Positions 12,501-24,607 of a DNA stretch of 64,000 nt are shown piece by piece (position 1 is the first letter of the stretch; each line of letters opens with the position of its first letter). Source of the DNA: Lytechinus pictus (lineage: Eukaryota); contig NC_087251.1 in the NCBI RefSeq assembly GCF_037042905.1, forward strand, positions 31,994,001-32,058,000, read 5' to 3'. Both the position numbers and the translations under genes were made by a program. The notes beneath the pieces are model-generated. The model was not told the DNA's origin. It did no database searches and saw nothing but the letters and a program-made list of their open reading frames with translations.

Positions 12501-15500
12501 CAGGGGCTTTCACATTTGTTGGGATTTTTTAAAGATTAATTGTTACATTATTGGCAACCAGTCTCTGAACTTAGAAAAGCTAGAACTGAATGATCTTAGT
12601 GTCTTGTGGTTTGATAAAGACATGAAAAAATGCTTAATTGTTACATTATTGGCAACAATCACTAAATCTAGAAAAGCCAGCACTGAATAATCTTATAGTC
12701 TTTCAGGTTGATAAAGGTATGAAAAAATTATATTTTAGTCAGGGGCTTTCATTTTATTGATGTAAGAAATTTTTCAGATGTATTAAAGATTGATTATTGT
12801 TACATTATTGGCAACCAGTCACTGAATTTTAAAAAGCAAGAACTGAATGGTCGTAGTTTTGTAAAATTTTTGTCTGGGGCTTTCACATTACTGATGTAAG
12901 AATTAGGAATTAAAATTGTTTTGATTTTTAAAAGTTGAATTGCTATTGACAACCAGCCACTAAATTTAAACACTTTTTTAAAAATTTGACAATCTATTTG
13001 TAGCTCCAGCAGACCAAGGGGAGAAGGCATATGATGCATGTCTGCTTTCGTTACAAAAGCTTCAGATAGAGTATCTTGATCTCTATCTCATACACTGGCC
13101 CGGAACTCAGAAACTTAAACCACATGATCCCAGAAACACAGAGAATAGACATGTCACCTGGAGAGCATTAGAAAGGCTGCACAGGGAAGGTAAATGAAAT
13201 CCAATTTTGATTGTTGCATCCGTGTACTTAGTGTAAATATGTTCATTCATTGTTTATTTTTAGTGTGTATTCTAAGTTGGTGACCCGTTATTATAAGCTA
13301 TGCTTTCTCCGGGGTCACCAAACAATCATTTGTTTTCATTATTATTTTTTTTGGTGTATTTTGATTGGATGATGATTTATATTATGTATCTCTGCAATTG
13401 TATTGTAACTGATGATGGATAAAACAAATGAATTGAATTAAATTAGATTGAATTAATCTATTGAAAAGTGCACTATGATTGATGTCATGTAGGTAATGAA
13501 TAAGATAAATAAATTGTCATCCTTTGTTATATTTCTGAGCCTATGATGTTTCATTTGAAATATTCTTAGTCCATGATGTAATGTTAAATGTAAGTTTTTG
13601 TCTCACCTGCATAGCAGAGTGAGACTATAGGCGCCGCTTTTCCGACGGCGGCGGTGACGGCGGCGGCGACGGCGGCGGCGGCGTCAACACCAAATCTTAA
13701 CCTGAGGTTAAGTTTTTGAAATGACAGCATAACTTAGAAAGTATATGGACCTAGTTCATGAAACATGGCCATAAGGTTAATCAAGTATTACTGAACATCC
13801 TGCCTGAGTTTCATGTCACATGACCAAGGTCAAAGGTCATTTAGGGTCAATGAACTTAGACCATGTTGGGGGAATCAACATCAAAATCTTAACCTAAGGT
13901 TAAGTTTTTGAAATGTCATCATAACTTAGAAAATATATGGACCTAGTTCATGAAACTTATACATAAGGTTAATCAAGTATCACTGAACATCCTGCATGAG
14001 TTTCACGTCACATGACCAAGGTCAAAGGTCATTTAGGGTCAATGAACTTTGGCCGAATTGGGGGTATCTGTTGAATTACCATCATAACTTTGAAAGTTTA
14101 TGGATCTGATTCATGAAACTTGGACATAATAGTAATCAAGTATTACTGAACATCCTGTGCAAGTTTCAGGTCACATGATCAAGGTCAAAGGTCATTTAGG
14201 GTCAATGAACTTTGGCCAAATTGGGGTATTTGTTGAATTACAGCCATAAATTTGAAAGTGTGTTGGTCTAGTTCATAAAACTTGGACATAATAGTAATCA
14301 AGTATCACTGAACATCCTGTGCGAGTTTCAGGTCACATGATCAAGGTCAAAGGTCATGTAAGGTCAAAGAACTTTGGCCACGTTGGGGGTATTTGTTGAA
14401 TTGCCATCATATCTCTATAAGTGTATTGGTCTAGTTCATAAAACGTGGAAATAAGAGTAACCAAGTATCACTGAACATCTTGTGCGAGTTATAGTAGTTT
14501 TCAAAATCAGCACTGCTGCTATATTGAATCGCGTGATGCAGGTGAGACGGCCAGAGGCATTCCACTTGTTAGATTTTGAAATGTTATTTGCTGTGTTTAG
14601 ATAAAAGCAATATCTGTTGTCAGGAAGAACATTTTTTTGTAGTAGAGTCAATTTTATACCCTTTTTGTTTAAATTGGGAAACAGTATGTGCTTCATCTTT
14701 ATGTGAATTAAAAGCCTGTATTATTTTTTATTGACATTTTTATGTAGGAAAGTGTAAACAAATTGGAATTTCCAACTACCTAGTCAAACATATGGAAGAG
14801 CTTATGAAGTATGCGGAAATTCAACCAGCTGTTAACCAGGTATGTCTTTGATTTTTTTTTCTGGGATTTTAGAAACCTTTTTTGAAGTATATTCGTGGTT
14901 TCAGGAGAGCATTTCATCAATTTTCATCACCTGACAATTGTCAGGTTAGACAATTTTTCTTGAGTTTTATTCACTGACAAGCAGAGGTGTCTGGCCGTTA
15001 CTATGGAAACTGTCAGAATAGAAAGATTTTATCAGGTAAAATGTCTGATAACTCCTCTCATGAGATGCTATTCATTTCAACTCATAGAATATTAGTAGCT
15101 TTTTTTCATCAATGGACATTAAAGTTGATAAATTGATAGACTTGGATATGATGATAATACTTGGAATTATATTGTGCCTTTTTCAGGGGATACGAAGTGC
15201 TTTTTAATAGAGTGGGTTAAGAATTATTATATAGGTGCTTTTTCAGATTATATGCAAGGTTAGCTGGTGTAATGTGAGGAGTTTGTTCTTATGATGAGTT
15301 CATATGTAAAAAAGTATATTGAAGTTTGCCTGACGTCATTGTGTTTATATTTTATTTTCCCCCAGAGTGAATATCATCCTCTGTATTTGATTAAAGATGT
15401 TGTGCAATATTGTCAGAAAAATGGGATAGCGTTCCAATCATACTCAACACTTTATAAAGGGGAGGTGAGTATCTACATTGATATGAGTTATATGGTCTGA

Positions 15501-18182
15501 TTGGGTCTTCCCACAAGGCCGAGGGTCCCAAGGGCCGAGGTCCGAGGATTATGTTCATCTATATCAAAATCATTTTCTGCTTGCCTAATCTTATTCACCT
15601 CGCTTTTTGGTTTCAAAACATGCCGCCAAGGTGCATAGTGGACTTCTACATGTCTAAAATGACATGGGTGTTTTCTAGAGTGTATATTTCAGTTTACATT
15701 GAAGGTCAGGCTCATTTGGCAGAAATGTTTTAATGCAGACAAATGTAGGTGATGATTGACCTCATGGACCCTCCCCTGTCTGACAGTTGTCTAGGAATCA
15801 AGAGATGTACTAACTCAATGCATAGTGTTCATGATTAAATGTACATCCTTTGAATTACTTGTCTTTGTTACCCATTTATAAGATTTTTTTTTTAATGCTA
15901 ACAAGCATGTTGCATTTCATCATTACCAATACCATCATCATTATCAAAATTGGTGTTTCCCTTCATACAGAGGGAGTTAAATAATAATAACGATAAAATT
16001 CTGCTTTAGTATGTACTTAATACATCAGGACTATGTCTCTAACTGCTTTACAGCTATATAACCCTGGGCATCAGATCCTGTCATGTCGTACAAAATGTAT
16101 GCATTTTTCCACTCCCTGGGGGAGCATTCTTGCAAGAGTTTCTTCATTGAAGTCTTGTCATCAGGGGGCTAAAACCAGGAAAGATGGGTTTCATTAATAA
16201 TAATCTGCCTTTGTATAGCGCTTAATAGATCGGAACAACGTGTCTTAGCGCTTGACCAATATATTATTACCTAGGTCATTAGATTCAATCTGTCATTCCC
16301 GCACACAAAGCTAAAATGATTTTCACATCCTACTGGGTACCCATTTAGAACCTGGGTTGAGAGTGGCAAAGTGTGGATAAACGCCTTGCCAAAGGACGCC
16401 AGACTGCGGTGGGACTCAAACACATGACCCTCTGTTTACAAGGCGAGAGTCAGAACCACTACACCACGGCTCCTCCATACTTGTTATGCAACATTTTTAC
16501 CATTATTTATATTTAGCTAAAATGAAATCTCTAAGATCTTTAGATGTCTACCCCTAAAAAAAAAGATGTGAAAGACCTCAAATTTAAAGTTGTGTCAACA
16601 AATGGCCCAAGATGGGAACTGACGTTTTCAATTTTCTTGTCTGCCCCCCCCCCCCCCTCGGGAACTATAGTAAAATAAGAATGAATAGAATGCAAGCCAA
16701 GGTTACCTGGTCCTTTCCAAAACTTCCATAATTTTTTTTGTGGAGATTCCTTTTGAAACTTTACCACTCTCTATTCATCCTCTGATTTTGTAACATGTCC
16801 TGAAGAAAAAATATGGTAACCTGGCTTTGATATGCGAGACCAGAATCCCAGATTTTCATCATTGTATCATCTCTTCTATCTTTTCAGCTACTGAACCATC
16901 CTACTGTAGTGTCCATCGCAGATAAGATAAAACGAAAGCCTAGTCAAGTCCTCCTCAGATGGGCGATGCAGGATGGCATAGGTAAATAGTATGTTATACA
17001 TACAATGCATACAGTTAGCTCCTGTGAGTAGAACCAATGGATATACTGTGAGCACAGAGTTTGATCCCCAAATGCAGGCCTAAATGTGCATTGTTACTTT
17101 ATACAAATTTCCTATCCGACTTGAACTAGACATTTGGAGAGTAAAAATAATTCACTAACACGGGTTTACACTCCACAACACCTAGGACCTGCATACAATT
17201 TTACAGTTGTCATAGTAGCTTGCTCATAAGAAACACCCACCAGTTGTCGCTTCCTGGCGACCAAGAAGTCTCATTCTTGCTGTAAAAATCCTTCTTTTTC
17301 TTCATTTTACATAGTTTGGACAATATGTCCTCATTTTTGTCTTGCCTGCATAGCAGAGCAAGACTAAACGCTGCTTTTTCTGCGACGGTGACGGCAGCAG
17401 TGGCAGCGTCGACATTGAAATCTTAACAAGAACATAAGGTTAAGTTTTTGAAATGTCATTAAAAAAAAAACTTGAACATAAGGGTAATCAAGTATTACTG
17501 AACATCCTGCCTGAGTTTCAGGTCACATGACAATGAACTATCTTGGGGAATCAACATCAAAATCGTAATCCAAGGTTAAGTTTTTTAAATGTCATAATAA
17601 CTTAGAAAGTATATGGACCTAGTTCATGAAATTTAGACATAAGGGTAATCAAATATTATTGAACATCCTGTCTGAGTTTCAGGTCACTTTACCAAGGTCA
17701 AAGGTAAGTTAGAGTCAATGAACTTTGGCCATGTGGGTATTTGTCGATTTCCATCATACCTTTGAAAGTGTATGGATGTAGTTATAAAACTTGGACATAC
17801 GACATGGACATAACATTAACCTTTAGTATGCATATCTGAAGTAAATTTTACAATTTCATGAAATTTACATGTGTTTTGATGGAGAAATAGGATTTCCCAT
17901 AAACTTATTGAAGTTTTTCTCTGGACATAGACAATTACCAGTGCTGTGTTTTTGTGATCTGTTCATCTAGCAAGTTCATGCTGAGTTTTCTTAGTTTAAT
18001 CTAACCAATATTGTTTTCTTGTCTTCCTCATGTCAGGTGTGATACCCATGTCTGCTAAACCCGATCATATAATTGATAACTGTGATGTATTTGACTGGTC
18101 TCTGTCAGATGAGGATATGATTGCATTACATAGCTTCAACGAGACAAAGAAATGTACCTGGGATCCTGTTAATATTATATGA
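521..18182 (+). CDS. Aldo-keto reductase family protein (glyoxal reductase/prostaglandin F synthase-like short AKR), 8 coding exons, 276 aa
   Basis: Exons 521-545, 9863-9943, 10749-10856, 13004-13189, 14748-14839, 15366-15464, 16888-16981, 18037-18182 (831 nt), all GT-AG and phase-consistent. The translation has AKR motifs LPIFGLGTY, GYRLIDTAAVYRNE, YITSKL, YLDLYLIHWP, IGISNY, PAVNQSEYHP, QVLLRW, WDP. The D-Y-K-H tetrad is present. Exon 1 is the least certain, and there is an in-frame upstream ATG at 446. Confidence 0.92.
1616..3764. mobile_element. hAT-like non-autonomous element (inner copy of the 828-5370 family)
   Basis: Begins CAGGGTGACCAATTTTCACAAAATGAAATACGGGACAATCGAC and is collinear with 3931-5370. 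TSD is GGCGACCC (1608-1615) / GGTGACCC (3765-3772). Confidence 0.8.
2473..3127 (-). mobile_element. 5'-truncated L2/CR1-group LINE fragment (C-terminal ORF2, frameshifted) with (TTA)n tail
   Basis: ORFs 2790-3200 and 2585-2857 give SKLDYCNGLL, KLQRVQNSCARLI, LRELHWLPV and GDRAFALAAPKLWNSLP, typical of the L2-clade ORF2 end. The 3' end reads GCGCTATATAAAT...(TTA)n. The segment is absent from the sister MITE copy. Confidence 0.88.
5391..5896. mobile_element. MITE with GGGG(T/A)CCTAAA(G)CTACGCAC-type TIRs, TA flanks
   Basis: Left TGGGGGACCTAAAAAGGTACGCAC versus right GTGCGTAGCTTTAGGACCCCCTACCA, with a third internal copy at about 5597. Confidence 0.55.
6002..7534. mobile_element. Inverted-repeat element hosting the 6296-7415 Helentron-like insertion
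   Basis: TGCTAATACAGTTTCGCACTGGCTGATTTCGAGCAAATTT (from about 6002) is an imperfect inverted match to AAATTTGCTCGAAATTGGGCGATGTGAAATTGCATTAGCA (to about 7534). Confidence 0.55.
6296..7415 (+). mobile_element. Non-autonomous Helentron-like element (HINE/DINE-1 architecture), family A copy 1
   Basis: T-run flanks. 12-bp subterminal IR GTCTCACCTGCA (6301-6312) / TGCAGGTGAGAC (7382-7393). 5' palindrome, (GGC)n microsatellite and an internal array of degenerate ~145-190 bp units (TGACCAAGGTCAAAGGTCA core). Confidence 0.8.
7693..8658 (+). mobile_element. Non-autonomous Helentron-like element, family B
   Basis: TTTTT-AGCTTATCCGGC ... GCTGGATGAGCT subterminal IR, a 3' hairpin CACATCA-T-TGATGTG followed by CTAGTTTT, and internal degenerate tandem units (ACAGAATTTTGAA...TATGCTAATT). 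Confidence 0.75.
9071..9345 (-). mobile_element. 5'-truncated SINE of the tRNA-derived family
   Basis: Minus strand carries the CCACCCAGGTGTTAAATGGGTACC core and an AAGCGCTATATAAAT + (TTA/TCA)n tail, matching the copy at 16195-16475. Confidence 0.7.
11262..11581. mobile_element. Probable MITE (inverted arms)
   Basis: TGGCATCTTTTAGATGGGTCAAC (about 11264) is inverted relative to GCTGACCCATCTAAAATGCCA (about 11561), with internal TGATTGG/CCAATCA symmetry. Boundaries are approximate. Confidence 0.45.
12430..12965. repeat. Degenerate tandem repeat immediately upstream of AKR exon 4
   Basis: Recurrent blocks GAACTGAATGATCTTAG, TTGATAAAGACATGAAAAAA, TTAGTCAGGGGCTTTCA and TTGTTACATTATTGGCAACCAGTC, 3-4 copies each. 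Confidence 0.7.
13595..14570 (+). mobile_element. Helentron-like family A copy 2 (near-identical to 6296-7415, shorter array)
   Basis: Same termini and subterminal IRs as copy 1, about 145 bp shorter in the array. Confidence 0.82.
16195..16475 (-). mobile_element. tRNA-derived SINE
   Basis: Minus strand shows GGAGCCGTGGTGTAGTGG (A box), GTTTGAGTCC (B box), the CCCAGGTTCTAAATGGGTACC core and an AAGCGCTATACAAA (TTA)n tail. Confidence 0.72.
17334..17800 (+). mobile_element. Helentron-like family A copy 3 (diverged, 3' truncated)
   Basis: TTTTTGTCTTGCCTGCATAGCAGAGCAAGACTA start followed by diverged array units. Confidence 0.7.
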
Positions 18183-18267
18183 CAATACAGACATTCTCAT
18201 GTAGGCCTACAGTTTTTATTCCTTTTCAAAGATGGAGGAAAAAGTATTTCCATGTTCAAAGGAAAAG

Positions 18268-19305
18268 AGTGTTGTGGTCTGGTGGATCTGATTCTCGCCC
18301 TCGAAACTAAGGGCCGTGAGATCAAATCCCAGCAATAGTGTGATTTCCTTCAGCAAGAAACTGATCCACATTGCACTCAACCAAGGGGCTTGTGTCATCA
18401 CATAGGGTGTTGTGTCAGGTCGGGCTATCACCCCGGGGGGGCCACTTACATTGACGAGTAGATACCATGCGCGACCAAAAAAACACGTAAAAAGGATGTC
18501 TTTTTCAAGATAGGGCACGTTACGTACGTAACGTGATAAGGGTGTCAAAAACACAAAAATAATGAAAAAAGAGTATCTATTTCATTAGGAAAGCTACGTG
18601 TTTAGGGTCAAATTTGCGGGGATGATAAAACAAAATTAAATGTTTTATAGGATGTCCTTTTTGCTCCAACACTACGTGTTTAGAGTCCGATTTGCACGAC
18701 GTGTGGAAGGTAGGGCCATTCTAAACCAAGTGATGTGTAAAAGTAACCGACGACCGACGGACCCGTGACATATCGCTGTACTTGTTTAGGGGTTCATTTC
18801 AGGGAATACTTGTCAAGAGTATCGTTTTGTTTCCAATATTGTTAAGGGTAGGGTTTCACACGCCAATACTTGTTAAGGGGTGCATTTTCAGAATATGGAA
18901 AATACGTGTTTAGGGTGCTTTTCGAGACCCCATGGTCGCGCATGGTATCCACTCGTCAATTGAAGTGGCCCCCCGGGGCTATCACGTAGTTTACCCGGCC
19001 ATTCAGGAATTTCGTGATAATTTAATAAAAAAACTTTGTGTAAACTGGACCCTACTTTGGGGAATATAGGGTGCCCTTTTCTGGAATGGTTGGGTTAACA
19101 CGATCGCCCGACCCGAAGCGATAACTCCATGTGATGACACAGGCCCAACCATATGATACTAACAGGTGAAGTGAATGGGTACCCAGTAGTCAAGATTGAT
19201 ATCTTGAATGCACCAAGGGCCTTTAGCAGCTGGTCAGGGTATAGTACGCCATTTGCCATTGGTAACCAGATAATGGGCTCGTGATGAATGCTATGTATTA
19301 TCATC
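18268..19305 (+). mobile_element. Decayed tRNA-derived SINE split by later insertions, just downstream of the AKR stop
   Basis: The head at 18268-18388 matches the SINE at 24323. The body resumes at about 19162 (CAGGTGAAGTGAATGGGTACC). Confidence 0.55.
18432..18977. mobile_element. MITE with CCCGG-polyG ends and 8-bp TSD
   Basis: About 45-bp TIRs CCCGGGGGGGCCACTTACATTGACGAGTAGATACCATGCGCGACCA / TGGTCGCGCATGGTATCCACTCGTCAATTGAAGTGGCCCCCCGGG. TSD GCTATCAC at 18424-18431 and 18978-18985. Confidence 0.85.
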
Positions 19306-19649
19306 AAGCTTACTGATGTAGCTTTAAATTAACAGACCTAATGGTTTTTAAGGCCATGTGCCTATTAACTGTGCCTGCACAATGTATGTCATCCTGTTTT
19401 CCATTGAATTACACAACTTGAATTGTTTGTTGGAGTTTATAATCTCAAGTCCAAATACAGCTTAGTTGTGAGTCTTTGTTGTTCTAAACTATTTACTTTA
19501 AAGATATCACTGCCTGTATACCGTTAATTTCACATTTGTTTCTCTCGTCACTGATGCATGTTTATTAATTTCATTTATTAATTTCCTGTCATACATGTAG
19601 GATGGATAGCCCTGTCAGCTAGCTGATTTACAAAAGGGGCCACAATTAA

Positions 19650-20248
19650 AGGACAAGTCCACCCCAACAAAAAGTTCATTTGAATAAAAAGAGAAAAATC
19701 CAAAAAGCATAACACTGAAAATTTCATCAAAATCGGATGTAAAATAAGAAAGTTATGACATTTTTAAGTTTTGCTTAATATCACAAAACAGTTAAATGCA
19801 TATCCAGGTCAGTATGCAAATGAGGGAACTGATGACATCACTCACTATTTCTTTTGTATTTTATTATATGAAATATGAAATATTCTAATTTTCTCCTCAT
19901 TTTCATGTGAAACAAAGTTTTATTTCTCCCTGAACATGTGAAATTACCATTGTTTAACATTTTATGGTTCATTCAAGTTGGTCCTTATTGTCAAATCTGT
20001 AAAAATTGAAATATTGTATAATTCAAACAATAAAAAACAAAAGAAATAGTGAGTGAGGGACATCATTGATTCTCTCATTTGCATGTGACTAGATTGTGCA
20101 TATAACTATTTTGTGAAGAATAAGCAAAAATTTTAAAATGACATAACTTTCTTATTTACATCCAATTTTGATGAAGTTTTCAGTGTTTTGCTTTTTGGAA
20201 TTTTCTCTTTTTATTCAAATCAACTTTTCATTGGGGTGGACTTGTCCT
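19650..20248. mobile_element. TTAA-target MITE with AG...CT ends (Kolobok-like)
   Basis: Perfect 18-bp TIR AGGACAAGTCCACCCCAA / TTGGGGTGGACTTGTCCT, TTAA on both sides (19646-19649, 20249-20252) and long imperfect inverted arms. Confidence 0.85.
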
Positions 20249-20844
20249 TTAAAAGTGGTAGAAGATTTCAGATGAAATTTTATTGAACATGTCTTTTGTC
20301 TGCATACTATGCTGAGTTATCATTAAAACCTCTGATGAACTATCTGAGAAAAAATATCTTGATATTGTTTGTCTGGATAAAGAAAAATATATTTAAACTT
20401 TCAGAAGAGAGGCTAGCAAATTGCATAATTGTTTTTTTATGTAAATGAGACCTAGTAAATCAAATCAATCGTGACCTTCATCATATGAAGCATCAATGTG
20501 ACTTTGCATTATTATGTGTTTGATAAATGGAACATAATTATTAATTATATCTCTGTGTTATCTAGATTAATAGATATTTTTATATTTCATCTTACTTTGA
20601 TTACTATCTATGATTAACGGCAAACTTCATGAAAGTTTTAAAAATCTCATTTTGGTACTTGATAATGGTATCTATGTTTTAAAGTTATATATAGTTTAGA
20701 CATATCGGTCTGAAAGTTAAAGCAAAATATGGATGCAAACAATGTTTATTTATTAAATATATAACCTATTTCAGTCTTGCCTAGTCGCACTAGCAGAAAT
20801 CATTCACTTTTCTGACATGTGTGCATGTATGTGTCTGTGCATGA

Positions 20845-21082
20845 AGTCATTCTCCAAAGAGCTTTCAGTTGTACCATGGTACAAAACCATGGATTATGCA
20901 TTATTCTTGCATCATCACGCTTCATTTGAGCAAGAATTTAGTGCCCTTTGCAAAAAGTGTGCATTAACAATTGGACTTTTTTTAGCATACGTGATGAAAT
21001 ATGTTCAGTTATGGACACAAATCTGCATAGTCTAAGTTAGGCTTTGTACCATGGTACAATTGAAACCTCTTTCGAGAATAAC
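20845..21082. mobile_element. Probable MITE (inverted arms)
   Basis: TTCTCCAAAGAGCTTTCAGTTGTACCATGGTACAAAACC is inverted relative to GGCTTTGTACCATGGTACAATTGAAACCTCTTTCGAGAA. Confidence 0.55.
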
Positions 21083-22523
21083 GGCCGTAGAGGTCAGCGG
21101 TTGGGGGTGCACTTAAACCCTTTTCTCACAGGCAAAATTTTCCTTAATCCTATGCTATAGGTGGAGGTAAATGGCAAGTTACCCCTTCCTATGGTATGGG
21201 GATGAGCTCAGTCCACTTTCTGTTCTTACAAATTTTTTGAAAAGTGGGCTAATTACACAATAGTACAGGATTTTGTGACCCTTCATAAAAAGCAGGGTTC
21301 CCTGGTTTCAGGAAATTTATTTTGGATCTGTGGAAACACTGGGTCCAGGGTTGCCAAATGTGTGAGAATAGCAAGTATTTGGCCGCTATTATTTCAAGCT
21401 TTCAGCTTACGATAGCTGGCCTCTGCATTTAAATTTATTTGTTATTGTTTACATTAATTATGTTTATATCTACTTAACTACTATACAATTGTCACCTTTG
21501 TAACTTGATCATTATGTATGTTTGATTATATATCATTGTTATAAATTTGTAATTTTGATTTATTAATAAATGCAGATATACCTGCTTAAAAAAAAATTCC
21601 TAAACCAGGGTTAGGCAGAAATCTAGCCTGTGCGTACAGGAGAAATTGGAATTAAGAAGTCACCATAAGAAAAGGGTATTAAATATGTCTACAGTAAACC
21701 ATCCCAGGTCCTGTTTCATATTAAACAAACTTATAATAAAAAATGCAGTTTCTATAACAAGTCTACTGTCAGCAAATCAAATTGAATGATTTTATTTTTA
21801 GTAGCTTTGAAAAAATTATTATGAATTTGTTATTGCAGCATGTTTTATGACACAGGCCCTTGGTGTCTGTGTGTGAAGGGAGGTGGAGAAACATTCACCA
21901 AAATTTTTTTTTTTAAATTCTAGGAAATTGGTCCGTTTTTTGTTAACGACTTTTATAACATATAATCCCTGTTTGTAAAATATAAAGCTTTTCGTACAAA
22001 CTTAATGTTGGTTTCATTTTTTTGTGTAGTTGATAAAAAACTATCCATCTCATCCTGAATTGGATTCTGTTACGTGTTATGCGCTCATTTGCTCAAAAAT
22101 TTGATATATGTCTTTAACATACAACTTGGAAAATAATTATAAATCCATACCATATACATGGGAGCTTAGTAGAAAATTGGTCTAATATTAATTTCCCAAA
22201 CTGTAGCTGTCTGTATGCTACATTATTGCCCTTATATAGTACTGAGTGTGCTGGTGGTTTGGGTTATGTAACCACTCCCTTATTATTTGATGTTATGTAA
22301 TCAATACTACATCTGGTTAGTCATTAACAAACTATTTTTAGATCCAGACGATAGTAGGACATTTGATATTCTTAGATATTTGATCTGTGACTAAAATTTA
22401 GTATTACACAACGTCATCTGAAAAAAAATTAGCATAGTTGTGGTATGTTGAACTTCCATCCAAGAAAATGGTACTGGAATTTTTATGTTTTGAATGTCTT
22501 TATCTATCACTCTGCATGATTGA

Positions 22524-22756
22524 TCTTGCTCTGAAATATTTTGACAAAAACAAAATACATTGAACTGAATAATTTATATTTTGCTTGTATTATATGTATC
22601 TTGCTCTTAAATATTTTGACAAAAACAAAATACATTGAACTGAATAATTTATATTTTGCTTGTATTATATGTATCTTGCTCTTAAATATTTTGACAAAAA
22701 CAAAATACATTGAACTGAATAATTTATATTTTGCTTGTATTATATGTATCTTGCTC
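22524..22756. repeat. 75-bp tandem triplication
   Basis: Unit TCTTGCTCTTAAATATTTTGACAAAAACAAAATACATTGAACTGAATAATTTATATTTTGCTTGTATTATATGTA x3, seen as 25-aa repeats in two spurious ORFs. Confidence 0.92.
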
Positions 22757-22759
22757 AAA

Positions 22760-23686
22760 TTTTTGTCTCGCCTGCATAGCAGAGCGAGACTACAGGCGCC
22801 GCTTTTCTGACGGCGATGGCGGCGGCGGCGTCAACATCAAATCTTAACCTAAGGCTGAGGTTAAGTTTTGGAAATGTCACCATAACTTAGAAAATATATA
22901 GTTCATGAAACTTGGACATAAGGGTTATCAAGTATTACTGAAAACCTCCTGCCTGAGTTTCGGGTCACATGACCCAGGTCAAATGTCATTTAGGGTCAAT
23001 GAACTTAGAACATGTTGGGGGAATCAACATCAAAATCTTAACCGAAGGTTAAAGGGGAATCAAACCCAAATAAAAACTTGTTTTTAGAAGAAAGAGAAAT
23101 ATCAGGCAAGTTGATAGGTGAAAGTTTGAACAATATAAGACAAACAATAAGAAAGTTAGGAATTTGAAGAGTTGTAAATATAGGTAATCACTATCCCCAT
23201 GGATACTTCAAATTGGCATGATGTCATGGTGATGTAAGGCAAGGACTACTCTTACATGTACTCCAATACATAAAATGGCTGAAATGTAACTTTTTTTTTG
23301 GAAGTTTTACTTCAAATTTTATTTTTCTTTCATGAGGACATCAAATAAATATACTACCTGAGTTATATTTAGATTACTACCCCAGGGGAATGGGTACTTG
23401 GGAGCAAACCACAAATCCCTGATAATTAAGTACATGGCCTATGGGAAAAATGTCCTTGCCCCTTGTCATAATTTACTTACCTAGTTGCCAATTTGAAATC
23501 TACATACATGTAATCAATAGGGATCTCAATTTTAAAGCAGCCATAACTTTCTTATTGCTTGTCCGATTTCTTCCAAACTTTCACCATTCTGTTTTATTTA
23601 TTTTTCTCCTTTCCAACACATTTTATGACCAAGGCTGGATTTCCCTTTAAGTTTTTAAAATGTAATCATAACTTAGTTCATGAAAA
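22760..23686 (+). mobile_element. Helentron-like family A copy 4, truncated and interrupted
   Basis: TTTTTGTCTCGCCTGCATAGCAGAGCGAGAC start. Array sequence breaks at GGTTAA (23047-23052) and resumes at TTAAGTTTTT (23647). Confidence 0.75.
23053..23646. mobile_element. TTAA-target MITE (Kolobok-like) inserted in the Helentron-like copy
   Basis: TTAA-AGGGGAATC...GATTTCCCT-TTAA. A decayed sister copy lies at about 23985-24870. Confidence 0.75.
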
Positions 23687-24322
23687 TGAATCTGGGGAAA
23701 AACAGTGATATTTTTCTATCTAGATCTGTACTTTAAAAAAGACAATTAATTAGATACCTTTTGGATATCCTTCGGCTACCCTATACCCTTATATATTGAT
23801 TCCTTTCATTATTGACCATATTCTTTTCTTTATTCTTACTAAAAATTGTTTGGTGTTTGCTCTGGTCATTCAGCCTAAAGGCCTACACGGTTTTACTGGA
23901 ATTCATAAACTTTGCTTTTCAAAACAACAATTGTATTTGCTACAATACATGTATAACAGAAAAGTTATGATCTGCTAAATGTTTCCATCCCAAATAAAGA
24001 GTTGTTTTTAGAGGAAAAAATTAAGAAAAATCAGACAAGTTAAAAGGCAAAAGTTTGAACAATGTCAGACAAACAATAATAAAGTTATGAATTTTTAAGA
24101 GTTTTTAGTAATCACTATATACCAATGGAGACTTCAAATTGGCTGCCTTACATGTAAGGCAAGCGAGGACTTGTCTTCCATGTCCTCCAAATGGGTCATA
24201 ATGGTTAAAATGTCATTTTCTCAAAATTTTTAATTCAAATGATATTTTTCTTTCATGAGAACAAAAAATATGCTGCCTGGGTTATACCATATGGACCCTA
24301 CCATGGTTATTCCTTGATTATA

Positions 24323-24607
24323 GGAGTATTGTGGCCCAGTGGATTAGTCTTCGGACTTTGAAACAGAGGGTCGTGGGTTCGAATCCCAGCCATGGCGAAA
24401 TTTCCTTCGGCAAGAAATTTATCCACATTGTGCTGCATTCGACCCAGGTGAGGTAAATGGGTACCTGACAGGAATTTATTCCTTGAAATGCCACCGCACT
24501 GTAAAAGGCTGCGGGGCTAAAGCAAGGGTAATAATATCCAATTAAGCGCATAGGGACGCATTTGGCAGTGATATGCGCTATATAAGCACGTTGGTATTAT
24601 TATTATA
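24323..24607 (+). mobile_element. Full-length tRNA-derived SINE
   Basis: A box TGGCCCAGTGG, B box GGTTCGAATCC (24376-24386), core GACCCAGGTGAGGTAAATGGGTACC, tail GCGCTATATAA...(TAT)n. Confidence 0.85.

Noticed and set aside
22507..22810. ORFs with 25-aa repeats on both strands
   Set aside because: A by-product of a 75-bp tandem triplication; no splice or homology support.
24323..24395. tRNA gene-like A and B boxes (also at 31058 and about 34300)
   Set aside because: No complete cloverleaf; they continue into SINE body and tail.
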